Shown piece by piece: positions 1 through 11,257 of a stretch of DNA of 64,000 nucleotides (position 1 is the first letter of the stretch; every line of letters starts with the position of its first letter). The notes below the pieces were generated by a model that searched no databases, had not been told where the DNA came from, and saw nothing but the letters and a program-made list of their open reading frames with translations. The position numbers and the translations under genes were made by a program. The stretch is from NCBI GenBank assembly GCA_035221665.1, contig CM069168.1, forward strand, positions 6,324,001-6,388,000, read 5' to 3'. The stretch comes from Okamejei kenojei. Taxonomy: Eukaryota.

Positions 1-186
1 GGTCAGCCATCGCCCTCCGCCTGTTCCACCGTCGAGGTCTTGGTTGGATCGCTCTTTGTCAGAGACCCCCCCCTCGACCTTACCGCCATGGGTGGCCCTA
101 CCAGGAGCAGAGCTCCCGACGGCATCGCTCTCAGGATCTCAGGACCACACAAGCTTCTCCACCACGACAAGGTGACAATCCACGGA
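1..186 (-). mobile_element. 5' end of an RTE-clade LINE (BovB/Expander-like 5'UTR), continuing left out of the window
   Basis: Minus strand reads GGATTGTCACCTTGTCGTGGTGGAG...GATGCCGTC...GTAGGGCCACCCA...CTGACAAAGAGCGATCCA, matching the recalled RTE 5' signature (CCTTGTCGTGG, GGGCCACCCA, TCTGACAAA). Confidence 0.75.
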
Positions 187-519
187 GAAATAAACTAAAC
201 TATAATAAACTAAACCTTTACATAGAGACCACTGTAATTTCTTAGTGCTATCTCTTAAAAAATGCCTGTGTTTGGAGGCACTTTATAACCTAAAAACTGA
301 TCTGTGGCTGAATGGCTGACTCATTGAAATATGAAAGGAAGCTTTAACCAAGTCATCACAAGCCAATTAATGTAACTTTGGCTGTGGACAAATATTTGGA
401 TCAATCCTCAATGACCATGCAAACCTTCACGTGGAACTGCACAGATAAATCAAAGTCAGTCAGCAAGGATTGGTTCAGGGAAGTCCATGTCTCACTAAGA
501 ATTGGATTTCAGTTCAGAA

Positions 520-840
520 GTTCATGTGATAGGAGCAGATTTAGGCAATTCGGACCATCAAGTAGTCTACTCCGCCATTCAATCTCTCCCTCCTAACCCC
601 ATTCTCCCGCCTTCTCCCCATAACCCCTGATACCCGTACTAATTAAGAGTCTATCTATCTCTGCCTTAAAAATATCCACAGCCTACAGTGGCAATGAATC
701 CCACAGATTCACCACCCTCTAAAGAAATTCCTTCTCATCTCCTTCCTAAGGGAACGTCCTTTAATTCTGAGGCTGTGCCCTTTAGTCCTAGACCCTCCCA
801 CTAGTGGAAACATCCTCTCCACATCCACTCTATCCAAGCC
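520..840 (-). mobile_element. CR1 3' end (other short CR1 ends at ~2110-2405, 4930-5190, 5660-5900, 11275-11570, 12770-13210, 27715-28130, 39870-40128, 55490-56075)
   Basis: Shared CR1 3'UTR CCCCATTCTCCTGCCTTCTCCCCATAACC and GAATTCCACAGATTCACCAC motifs. Confidence 0.8.
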
Positions 841-1039
841 TTTGGGATTTCTTTGAAAGACGTCAATGAGGGGTGGGTATGTTGATGTGATCTAGCTGGA
901 TTTCAGTACGGTATTTGACAAGGTTCTGTATAGCACGCTGGTGCAAATAACCAGTGGGATCCAACAAAAACAGGGAGGGGGCGGGGGATGGTTATCAATG
1001 GCGAGGAACACCCCTGTCCTGTGTCATAAGGTCATAAGG

Positions 1040-1450
1040 TTCATAAGGTACATTCATTGTCACATACACCAATTGGTGTAGTGAAATTTCACTGGCCAGG
1101 TCAGTCATACACGTTAAAAAAAAGCAACAGACTCAAAAAACACATTTTAACCTGAACATCCATCACAGTGACTCCGACACACTCCTCACTGTGATGGAAG
1201 GCGAAATAAAGTTCAAGTCCTTCCCTTTTTGTTCTTCCCCGGTCGTGGGGCTCGAGCCCCCCGTTGACGGGATGATCTTGACTCCCGTAGCTGGCAGCGT
1301 TTGGGCCCCCCCGCGCCGGGCAATCGAACCTCGTGTCGGGGCTGGACGAACCTTCTGCGGCGTTGGAGCTCCCGACTCGCCTCTCCCGAGACTGCGAGCC
1401 CTTGATGGTAAGTCGGCAGGCCGCGGTGGGAGCGATCCCACGCGTGGGAT
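1040..1450 (-). mobile_element. Unclassified GC-rich interspersed repeat with LINE-like 3' end
   Basis: Reverse complement aligns with 62625-62824 and 63325-63510. Confidence 0.65.
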
Positions 1451-3639
1451 CCATCACTGGTGTGGATGTGCAGTTTACCAGAGTGTACACATACCTTATA
1501 GTGCACTGCACAGTAAACTGGACTGGTCCACATGTCTCTTTAATTTCATGTTTCGGGTATTTAGTGTTTTTGTGTTTTTAGGAATGTTGGCAGATCAATT
1601 TCCTTCCTGGGATCAATAAAGTTCCATCGTATCGTATCGTTCAACTTTGGTTGGGTGGCCAGGAGGCAAAGAGCAAATAGACTCATCGCTCCAACTGGAC
1701 AATGCTGAGCAAGGTGCCCCATCTAAGCTAGTCCCATTTGGCCCAAAGTACATCTTTGCAATGAATTTTAATGATTTAAAAATTAAATGTAGGAGAATTT
1801 GAGAAATGAATGTCCAGGTTATATCAAAATTGGCCGTGTGGCTGAAAGTGAGGCAGGTTTTGGAGAGCTTGGGTGGACAGTCAGGGCAAATGGTGTGTAA
1901 TGCTGTCCATTGCACGTCTCTGCACTTGGGGAGGTGCAGCAAGGCAATGGGATTGCAATAACTCCGCACATACTCAGAGAAGCTTAGAAACACCCACCAC
2001 TGGGCTCAGGAACAGCTTCATCCCTGTTATCAGGCTTCTAAATGGTCCTTCCATAGACTAGGGTACTCTCCCATTCACCTCTCCCGCATCACGGACATTG
2101 GACCAGGAAATATAGAAACATAGGAAATAGGTGCAGGAGTAGGCCATTCGGCCCTTCGAGCTAGCACCGCCATTCAATACAATCGTGGCTGATCATCTAA
2201 AATCAGTATCCCGTTCCTGCCTTCTCCCCATTTCCCTTGATACTGTTAGACCTAAGAGCTAAATTGAAATCTCTCTTGAAAACATCCAGTGAATTGGCCT
2301 CCACTGCCTTCTGTGGCGGAGAATCCCACTGATTCACGACTCTCTGGGTGTAAAAGTTTTTCCTCATCTCAGTCCTAAATGGCCAACCCCTTATTCTTAA
2401 ACTGGCTAGCTGAGAACTATGTATCTGCACTCTGTATCTTCCCGTAGAAACACACTAAAAGCTGGAGTAACTCAGCGGGTCAGACAACATCTCTGGAGAG
2501 AAGGAAGAGATGATGTTTCAGGTTGAGACACTTTTATTGTCTCGACCCAAAACGTCACCGATTCCTTCTCTCCAGAGATGCTGTCTGTCCCGTTGAGTTA
2601 ATTTAGTTTTTTGGGTCTATCTTCGGTTTATATCAGCATCTGCAGTTCCTTCCTACACACTCTGTATCTTTCCCATAGCTCCACCTATTGCACTTGAGTT
2701 TGACCCGATTGTATTTATGTGTAGTGTTATCTGATCAGATTGGATAATGTGCAAAAGCTAATACTGTACAAATTTGTGCTTTCACCGTTGCTCAGTAAAT
2801 GCGGCAATAATAACCTGAAACCTAAAGGATATGTTGGTAACTAACCTTTAAACAACCCCTCCCTTCTCCTCCTCTTCCTTGTGTCTCACTTGGATCGGTC
2901 CCCATTTCTCCCCTTCCACCCCTCCCCTTCCCTTTCACTATATTCCTTCCTCTGGCTTCACAATTCCCATCGCATCTACCCATATCTCAGTCCATAGACC
3001 CATAAGACCCAAACACCCATATCTCGGTCTTTTTGTCTTTTCACCTCTTGCCTTTGTCCAACTATCTGCCCATCATATCTCCCCTCATCTATATCCACCT
3101 ATCACTTGTCAGATTTGCGTCTTGCCCACCCCCACCTCTCTTCCACCCCCCACCCCCACCCCCTGCACCCCCACCCCCATCCCCCCACCCCCACCCCCGC
3201 ACCCCTCTGCGTCTTTTACCCAGAGCAGGGGAATCAATAACCAGATGTTTAAGGTGACGGTGGGGGGCGGGGAATATTTAAAAGGAACCTGAGGGGTAGC
3301 TTTTTCACATAAAGGGTGGTATGTGTATGGAACCAGTGGCCGGGGGAGGTAGTTGAGGCTGGGACTATCGCAACATAAAATAAACAGTGAGACAGGTACA
3401 TGGATAGGACAGGTTTAGAGGGATATGGGCCAAACGCAGGCAGGTGGGTCTGGTGTAGCTGGGACATGTGTGCTTGTCGGTGTGGGCAGGTTGGGCTGAA
3501 GGGCCTATTTCCACGCTGTATCACTCTATGACTCTCACAGAACCAGGGGCCGAATCGTTCCATTCTGTAGAACATCACTGTACAATCTGTTTGACAGTGA
3601 GAAGGTGAGTCTGGTGGTACAACACAGATCAAACTGACC

Positions 3640-3945
3640 TCCCTTCCACTGACTCCATCTACACCTCACTCTGCCCCGGCAAGGCCAGCAGCATCACCAA
3701 GGACCAGTCGCACCCCGGCCACTCCCTCTTCTCCCCTCTCCCATCAGACAAAAGGTGCAGAAATGTGAAAACGCACACCTCCAGATTCAGGGACAGTTTC
3801 TTCCCAGTTGTTATCAGGCAACTGAACCGTCCTACCCCAACCAGAGTGCAGTGCTGAACTACTATCTCCCTCACTGGTGATCCACGGACAATCCTAGTTC
3901 AAACGTTGCTGGCTTTACCTTGAACTAAACGTTAATCCCTTATCG
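3640..3945 (+). mobile_element. Rex1/Babar-type LINE 3' fragment (divergent), interrupted by a SINE
   Basis: Encodes HPGHSLFSPLPSDKRCRNVKTHTSRFRDSFFPVVIRQLN; tail resumes at ~4270-4390. Confidence 0.7.
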
Positions 3946-4270
3946 GGGGCGGTCACAGTGGCGCAGCGGGAGAGTTGCTGCTTACAGCGAATGCAGCGCC
4001 GGAGACCCAGATTCGATCCTGACTACAGGTCCTGTCTGTACGGAGTTTGTACGTTCTCCCCGTGATCTGCGTGGGTTTTCTCCGAGATCTTCGGTTTCCT
4101 CCCACACTCCAAAGATGCAGAGGTTTGTAGGTTAATTAGCTTGGTATAAATGTAAAGATTGTCCCCTGGTGGCTGTAGGATAGAGTTAATGTCTGGGGAT
4201 CGCTGGTCGGCACGGGCCTGTTGGGCCGAAGGGCCTGTTTCCGTGCTGTATCTCTAAACTGAACTAAAAT
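3946..4270 (+). mobile_element. tRNA-derived V-SINE (HE1-like), full length
   Basis: A box GTGGCGCAGCGG, B box ATTCGATCC, V core GTTTGTACGTTCTCCCCGTG...TTTCCTCCCACACTCCAAAGA, CR1-derived tail and (CTAAA)n. Confidence 0.88.
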
Positions 4271-6797
4271 GTATCCAAACACTGTAAATGGCTCGACTGT
4301 AATCATGTGTACCCTTTTGGCTGACCGGGTGAGCCCGCAACGAAAGCTTTTCCCTGTACCTCGGTACACGTGTCAATTAACAAAACTGTAAACTAAATGC
4401 AACCAGATAAAGGGAAGGTGATGGCTAACGATGGCGCTCACTTAACTCCAGCACTGACTAAACAACAGTGTACAATTCTGCTGGGCTTTCTTCATCCCGC
4501 CCATGTTTGCTGAGTGCATTTACAGCAGATGGTTTATTTGGTTCTTTGGTCTTGGATGGAAGCTCGAGTGTTACTTTATCATATCCTGTTGTCATTATAC
4601 TAACGACAGAAGCCCTTTGGACACATAAAGCGAGAGCTAGAAAATTAATGTCATAAAACAAGAGGGGATGTTAAAGCATTGCTCATCCCCGGTGAATTAG
4701 TGATCCATTTCAATTTGAGCAATCTTTCAGTGCTTTTACAAGAATTAAATTATTCATCACTTCACTGGTGGCTCAGAGCCTTTAGTGCTCTGCCCCTCAC
4801 AGTTAACCCCTTCATGTCTCAGCCACCATCTTCCCTGAAGATAAACACAAAATGCTGGAGTAACTCAGGCAGCATATCTGGATAGAAGGAATTGGTGATG
4901 TTTCGGGTAAGTCTGAAGAAGGGTCTCAATAATAGACAATAGACAATAGACAATAGGTGCAGGAGTAGGCCATTCGGCCCTTCGAGCCAGCACCGCCATT
5001 CAATGTGATCATGGCAGATCATCCCCAATCAGTTCCCTGTTCCTGCCTTCTCCCCATATCCCCTGACTCCACTATTTTTAAGAGCCCTATCTAGCTCTCG
5101 CTTGAAGGTATCCAGAGAACCAGCCTCCCAGGCAGAGAATTCCACACTCACAACTCTCTGTGTCTGTGTGAAAAAGTGTTTCCTCATCTCGACCTGAAAT
5201 GTCACCTATTCCTTTTCTCCAGAGATGCTGTCTGGCCCGCTGAGTTAGTCCAGCTTTGTTTTGTCTATCTTTGGTTTAAACCAGCATCTGCAGCTCCTTC
5301 CTGCACATTCCTAGATATTTTGTGTGTTGTCTGTGTCTATGTACCGGAGAAGCTGATGCAAGCAAGGCTCGTCCATTGTACCTCCAGCTCAGCACACTTG
5401 TGCAAATAAATACTGTGTGACGATAAACTCTACTTGACTAAATTCCTTGATTCTCCAATTCGAGAAACGAGTTTCTTATCTCTTTTATTTGACATTTTTG
5501 ACAAACAACAACATTGTTACAAATACTCATCAGCCCATGCAGCATCTGTGAAGGCAGAGCTGGAGTGAGCACTTCAGGTTGTACGGGTACACTGATACGA
5601 AAGGTTTAGAGGGAAATGGACCAAACGCGGGCAGGTGGAACTGGTGGTCGGTGTGGACCCATTTAGTCAGAGGGTGGTGAATCTGTGGAATAATTTGCCA
5701 TGGAACGCTGCGGAGGCCAAGTCAGTGGATATTTTTAAGGCACAGATAGATAGATTCTTGATTAGTACAGGTGTCAGAGGTTATGGGGAGGAGGCAGGAG
5801 AATGGGGTTAGGAGGGAGAGATAGATCAGCCATGATTGAATGGCGGAGTAGACTTGATGGGCCGAATGGCCTAATTCTACTCCTATCACTTCTGACCTTA
5901 TGGCCATTTCTGTGCAGCATGACTATGACTTAATCAGAACTAGGAAGGACCAAACCTTTGGAGAGAGACACGCTGCGCCACCGTGCCCCCTATAGCATGC
6001 TGCATCTTCCAGATCTAACTAGACTCATAACAATATCCTGATTGCCATATACATCATCATCATCATCATCTTCACCACAATGCTTCAGGGGATACAGTAA
6101 ACGCATCTCCACTAATGCCTTGTTAGAGCCACAAGCAGCCTGTTTATTCAGCGTGCTAACTGTCCATTGAAGACTTTAATTGTTCCAGCGGAACTTCACC
6201 GTTATGCATCTTTGTGGTTTTATATTAGAAAAAATACAATCAGTGTGAAGAATGGTCCCGATCCAAAACGCCGCCTGGGCATTCCCATCACAGCTGCTGC
6301 CCGACTCACTGAGTTACTCCAGCATTGCGTTTTGCTGAAGATTCCAGCATCTGCCGTTCCTCTTATCTAGTCTCCCTTGTGCTGCCCCTGATAGTACCTG
6401 TCGCTCATCGCTGCAAGGTGTATATAGAACATAGAACTGTAGCGCACAGAAACAGGCCCTTCGGCCCGCAATGTCTGTGTCGAACCGTGCCAAGACCAAC
6501 CCTTATCTGCCTGCACATAACCCACAAACCTCCATTCCCTGTATACCCAGGTCCCCATCCAAAAGTCTCAGTGCAGCAAATGCTTTTAATCCAGCTAATT
6601 AAATTACAATTATTTTTACCACATCAACAGATCAGCTTCCAAAGTTAATTTAGCACAAAGAGCAGCCTTCATGTAAGATCAAAGCAGTACGTTTAAAATC
6701 GCCACTATGTGAGAGGTTGGTGATTTGACAAGGCAGACAGGCGAGCTGCAGCCGATACCTGGTGCTGAGAAACGTGTGGAAGAGGAAATAAACGGAA

Positions 6798-7110
6798 GGG
6801 CAGCACAGTGGCGCGCGCAGCTGGTAGAGCCGCAGCTTCACAGAGCAGAGACCCAGGTTCGATCCTAACCTCGGTCGCTGTCTGCGTGGAGTTTGCGCGT
6901 TCTCCCTGTGACCGCGTGGGTTTCCTCTGGGTGCTCCGGTTTCCTCCAACATCCCAAAGGTGTGCAGAATTATCAGTTTTCCGAGCCTCTGTAAACTGCC
7001 CCGAGTGTGCAGGGAGCAAACGTGGGAGAATGTGGAACTAGTGTGAGAGGATGATGGAGAGTCGGCGTAGGCTCGGTAGGCCGAACGGCCTCTTTCAGCT
7101 CTAAACAAAC
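6798..7110 (+). mobile_element. tRNA-derived V-SINE
   Basis: A/B boxes, V core, CR1-like tail. Confidence 0.85.
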
Positions 7111-7234
7111 GTCACATGAGAAAATCAGTGCCTTCTTGAGAGGAAGAGGAGTGGCAGGAAGGATTGGAGCATGATTTGCCATCAAAAAGATTTACAGGTG
7201 AATTGACACTACAGCAAACCGTTGTTTTAACTGT

Positions 7235-8480
7235 AGACAACATTGCTGGAGAAACTCAGCGGGTGCGGCAGCATCTATGGAGCGAAGGAAATAGGCAACG
7301 TTTCGTGCCGAAACCCTTCTTCAGACTGATGCAGCTTGGGGGGGACGGGAAGAAGAAAGGAAGAGGAGGAGCCAGAGGGCTGAGGGGGAGCTGAGAAGGG
7401 GAGGAGACAATAAAGGCTACCAGAAATTCAAGAAATCAATGTACATGCCGCTCGGGTGTAAACTCCCCAAGCGGAATATGAGGTGCTGCTCCTCCAATTT
7501 CCGGTGGGGCTCACTTTGGCCATGGGGGAGGCCCAGGACAGAGAGGTCTGATTCGGAATGGGAGGGGGATTGAAGTGCTGAGCCACCGGGAGATCAGATT
7601 GGTTATTGCGGACCGAGCGGAGGTGTTCGGCGAAACGACCGCCAAGCCTACACTTGGTCTCACCGATGTAGATCAGCTGACATCTAGAGCAGCGGATGCA
7701 ATAGATGAGGTTGGAGGAGGTGCAGGTGAACCTCTGTCGCACCTGGAACGACTGTTTGCGTCCTTGAATGGAGTTGAGGGTGGAGGTAAAGCGACAGGTG
7801 TAACATCTCTTGTGGTTGCAAGGGAAAGTGCCCGGGGAGGGGGTGGTGCGGGAGAGAAGGGAAGAATTGACCAGGGAGTTACGGAGGGAGCGGTCTTTGC
7901 GGAAAGCAGACGGGGGGGGGATGGGAAGATGTGGCGAGTGGTTTGGTCATGTTGGAGGTGGCGAAAATAATGGAGGACTTATTTGTTGTATGTGACGGCT
8001 AGTGGGGTGAAAGGTGAGGAGAAGGGGGACTCTGCCCTTGTTGCGAATGGGGGGATGGGCCTAGAGAGCAGTGTTGCGGGGTATGGAGGAGACCTGGTGA
8101 GAGCCTCATCTATGGTAGAGGAAGGTAATCCCCATTCCCTGAAGAATGAGGACATTTCTGATGCCCTGGTGTGAAACACCTCATCCTGGGAGCAGATGCA
8201 GCGTAGATGGAGGAATTGGGAGTAGGGGATGGAGTCCTTACAGGAAGCAGGATGGGAAGAAGTGTAGTCTAGATAGCCATGGGAGTCAGTGGGTTTATAG
8301 TGGATGTCGGTCAGAAGTCTATCACCTGCGATGGAGATAGTGAGGTCAAGGAATGGTAGGGATGTGTCGGAAATGGTCCAGGCGTATTTGAGTGCCGGAT
8401 GGAAGTTAGCGGTGAAATGGAAGAAGTCAGTGAGTTGTGTGTGGGTGCAGGAGGTAGCACCAACGCAGTCGTCGATGTAG
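7235..8480 (-). mobile_element. Penelope-like element, 5'-truncated: RT C-terminus, GIY-YIG endonuclease and 3' pseudo-LTR
   Basis: YIDDC...FLDL...HYKPTDSHGYLDYTSSHP (RT) and FTCTSSNLIYCIRC..C.LIYIGET..RL..RFAEH (GIY-YIG); frameshifted; inverted terminal copy at ~8625-8760. Confidence 0.93.
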
Positions 8481-8628
8481 ATGATGATGGTCCTCGGCTC
8501 ACACCCCGTCCCCCGCCACACACAGGCCGCCACCACCGCCGACACTCACCTGCCCACGGCCGCCATCCTCCGCCGATCCTCGCCTCTCCCCCAGGGCAGT
8601 CAGCTCACCCGGATTCCAGATCGAGAGT

Positions 8629-8656
8629 CTGAAGAAGGGTCCCGACCCGAAACGTC
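8629..8656 (+). ncRNA. Minimal hammerhead ribozyme core in a Penelope terminal repeat
   Basis: CUGAAGA-A-GGGU(CCCG)ACCC-GAAA-CGUC. Confidence 0.65.
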
Positions 8657-8771
8657 ACCCAGCCCCATGTTCTCCAGAGATGCTGCCTGACCTGCCGACT
8701 TACTCCAGCACGTTGTGTCCTTTTGTGCATTAACCGGCATCTACAGTTTATTTCCACTACTGACACAATGA

Positions 8772-8864
8772 TGATACCGGACTCGGCTATCGTGGACAAT
8801 CGGCAATAATGGACACCCTTCCTTTCCCCAGCCCGATGGTCCGCTATGTTGAGGGTTTACTGTA
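8772..8864. mobile_element. Possible Tc1/mariner (Tigger-like) MITE end
   Basis: Ends in GAGGGTTTACTG|TA; the other TIR was not found. Confidence 0.4.
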
Positions 8865-9254
8865 CACCTTTGCCATAGTGGCCAACTGTCCAATCATGGA
8901 GCAAGCCATGTAGGAAGGAACTGCAGATGCTGGTTTACACCATAGACACAAAATGCTGGAGTAATTCAGTGGGTCAGACAGCATCTGCGGATAGAAGAAC
9001 AAGGTGATGTTTCGGGTCGAGACCCTTCCTTGATCATCGTTGCTGGATTTGATTTGTTCCTTTCACAACTTTCACCCACTTGTTCTTTGTACAGTTTATA
9101 TATCTCTACTTTCCCTTTGACTCAGTCTGAAGAAGGATCTCGACCCGAAACACCACCTATTCCTTTTGTCCAGAGATGCTGCCTGTCCCGCTGAATTACT
9201 CCGGCACTTGTGTCTATCATGGAGGAAGCTATGACTGATAGCTGTTGCATCTAA

Positions 9255-9930
9255 AAAAGTAAGCATTCAGTACAGCAGGCAGTGAAGAAAGCGAATGGCA
9301 TGTTGGCCTTTATAACAAGAGGAATCGAATATAGGAGCAAAGAGGTCCTTCTGCAGTTGTACAGAGCCCTAGTGAGACCACACCTGGAGTATTGTGTGCA
9401 GTTTTGGTCCCCTAATTTGAGGAAGGACATTCTTGCTATTGAGGGAGTGCAGCGTAGGTTAATTCCCGGATGGCGGGACTGTCATATGCTGAGAGAATAG
9501 AGCAGCTTGGCTTGTACACTCTGGAGTTTAGAAGGATGAGAGGGTATCTCATTGAAATATATAAGATTGTTAAGGGCTTGGACACACTAGAGGCAGGAAA
9601 CATGTTCCCGATGTTGGGGGAGTCCAGAACCAGGCGCCACAGTTTAAGAATAAGGAGAAAGCCATTTAGAACGGAGACGAGGAAACACTTTTTCTCAGAG
9701 AGTTGTGAGTGTGGAATTCTCTGCCTCAGAGGGCGGTGGAGGCAGGTTCTGTGGATGTTTTCAAGAGAGAGCTAGATAGGGCTCTTAAAGATAGCGGAGT
9801 CAGGGGATATGGGGAGAAGGCAGGAACGGGGTACTGATTGTGGATGATCAGCCATGATCACATTGAATGGCGGTGCTGGCTCGAAGGGCCAAATGGCCTA
9901 CTCCTGCACCTATTGTCCATTGTCTATTGT
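9255..9930 (+). mobile_element. CR1 (HER1-like) LINE 3' fragment
   Basis: KKANGMLAFITRGIEYRSKEVLLQLYRALVRPHLEYCVQFWSP; 3' GGCC..GGCC hairpin and (CTATTGT)n tail. Confidence 0.92.
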
Positions 9931-10386
9931 CATCCAGCTCCACATTGTCACCTTGCTTTGGGTTTCTCCTCACCGTTCTCTGGAGTGGAAATCCTCACCA
10001 CTTTCCCATTCCAACCCAGTGACACCAAGACTCAATGCAACCTCTTTCACAGAGTCCCGGTCTCCATCAAATGGGTGTTGTGGTTTTGGGTGTGAAGCCA
10101 GTTTTGCAGTGACCACGCAGACACTCACACTGGGTGAACCCACGTGGTTCATTCGGTACACAGTAGTATGACAGTCCAGGACCACATGGGGGCGCTGTCT
10201 CTCGCCATCCGTGGAGGCGCTGGTGATCTGGGGCTAGTCCCGGCAGCTCAGCCCTGGTCTTCAAAGGAGGAGGCGGGGAGATCGCAGGCAGTTCACCCTT
10301 GCCTCGAGAGGAGGCGCTGGCAGTCTTTGGGCTTGAAGAGGTGACGCTGGCAGTCTCTGGATTATCTTGACGGCTCAGTCTTTGCC

Positions 10387-11257
10387 TGTGTGTGTGTGTG
10401 CGCGCGTGTGGGTGTGTGTGTGCGNNNNNNNNNNNNNNNNNNNNNNNNNNNNNNNNNNNNNNNNNNNNNNNNNNNNNNNNNNNNNNNNNNNNNNNNNNNN
10501 NNNNNNNNNNNNNNNNNNNNNNNNNNNNNNNNNNNNNNNNNNNNNNNNNNNNNNNNNNNNNNNNNNNGTGCGCATGTATGTATGCATGTGTGTGTGTGTA
10601 TGTGCGCGTGTGTTTGCGCACGGGCGTGTGTATGTATGTGTGCGCGTGTGTGTATGTGTGCGTGCGTGCGTGTGTGTGTGCGTTCATGTGTNNNNNNNNN
10701 NNNNNNNNNNNNNNNNNNNNNNNNNNNNNNNNNNNNNNNNNNNNNNNNNNNNNNNNNNNNNNNNNNNNNNNNNNNNNNNNNNNNNNNNNNNNNNNNNNNN
10801 NNNNNNNNNNNNNNNNNNNNNNNNNNNNNNNNNNNNNNNNNNNNNNNNNNNNNNNNNNNNNNNNNNNNNNNNNNNNNNNNNNNNNNNNNNNNNNNNNNNN
10901 NNNNNNNNNNNNNNNNNNNNNNNNNNNNNNNNNNNNNNNNNNNNNNNNNNNNNNNNNNNNNNNNNNNNNNNNNNNNNNNNNNNNNNNNNNNNNNNNNNNN
11001 NNNNNNNNNNNNNNNNNNNNNNNNNNNNNNNNNNNNNNNNNNNNNNNNNNNNNNNNNNNNNNNNNNNNNNNNNNNNNNNNNNNNNNNNNNNNNNNNNNNN
11101 NNNNNNNNNNNNNNNNNNNNNNNNNNNNNNNNNNNNNNNNNNNNNNNNNNNNNNNNNNNNNNNNNNNNNNNNNNNNNNNNNNNNNNNNNNNNNNNNNNNN
11201 NNNNNNNNNNNNNNNNNNNNNNNNNNNNNNNNNNNNNNNNNNNNNNNNNNNNNNNNN
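10387..11257. repeat. (TG/CG/TA)n alternating purine-pyrimidine repeat with two assembly gaps (10425-10567, 10692-11257)
   Basis: Seen directly; N runs. Confidence 0.95.

Noticed and set aside
3946-4030. tRNA-like A/B boxes
   Set aside because: SINE heads followed by V core and LINE tail; no cloverleaf or terminator of a real tRNA gene
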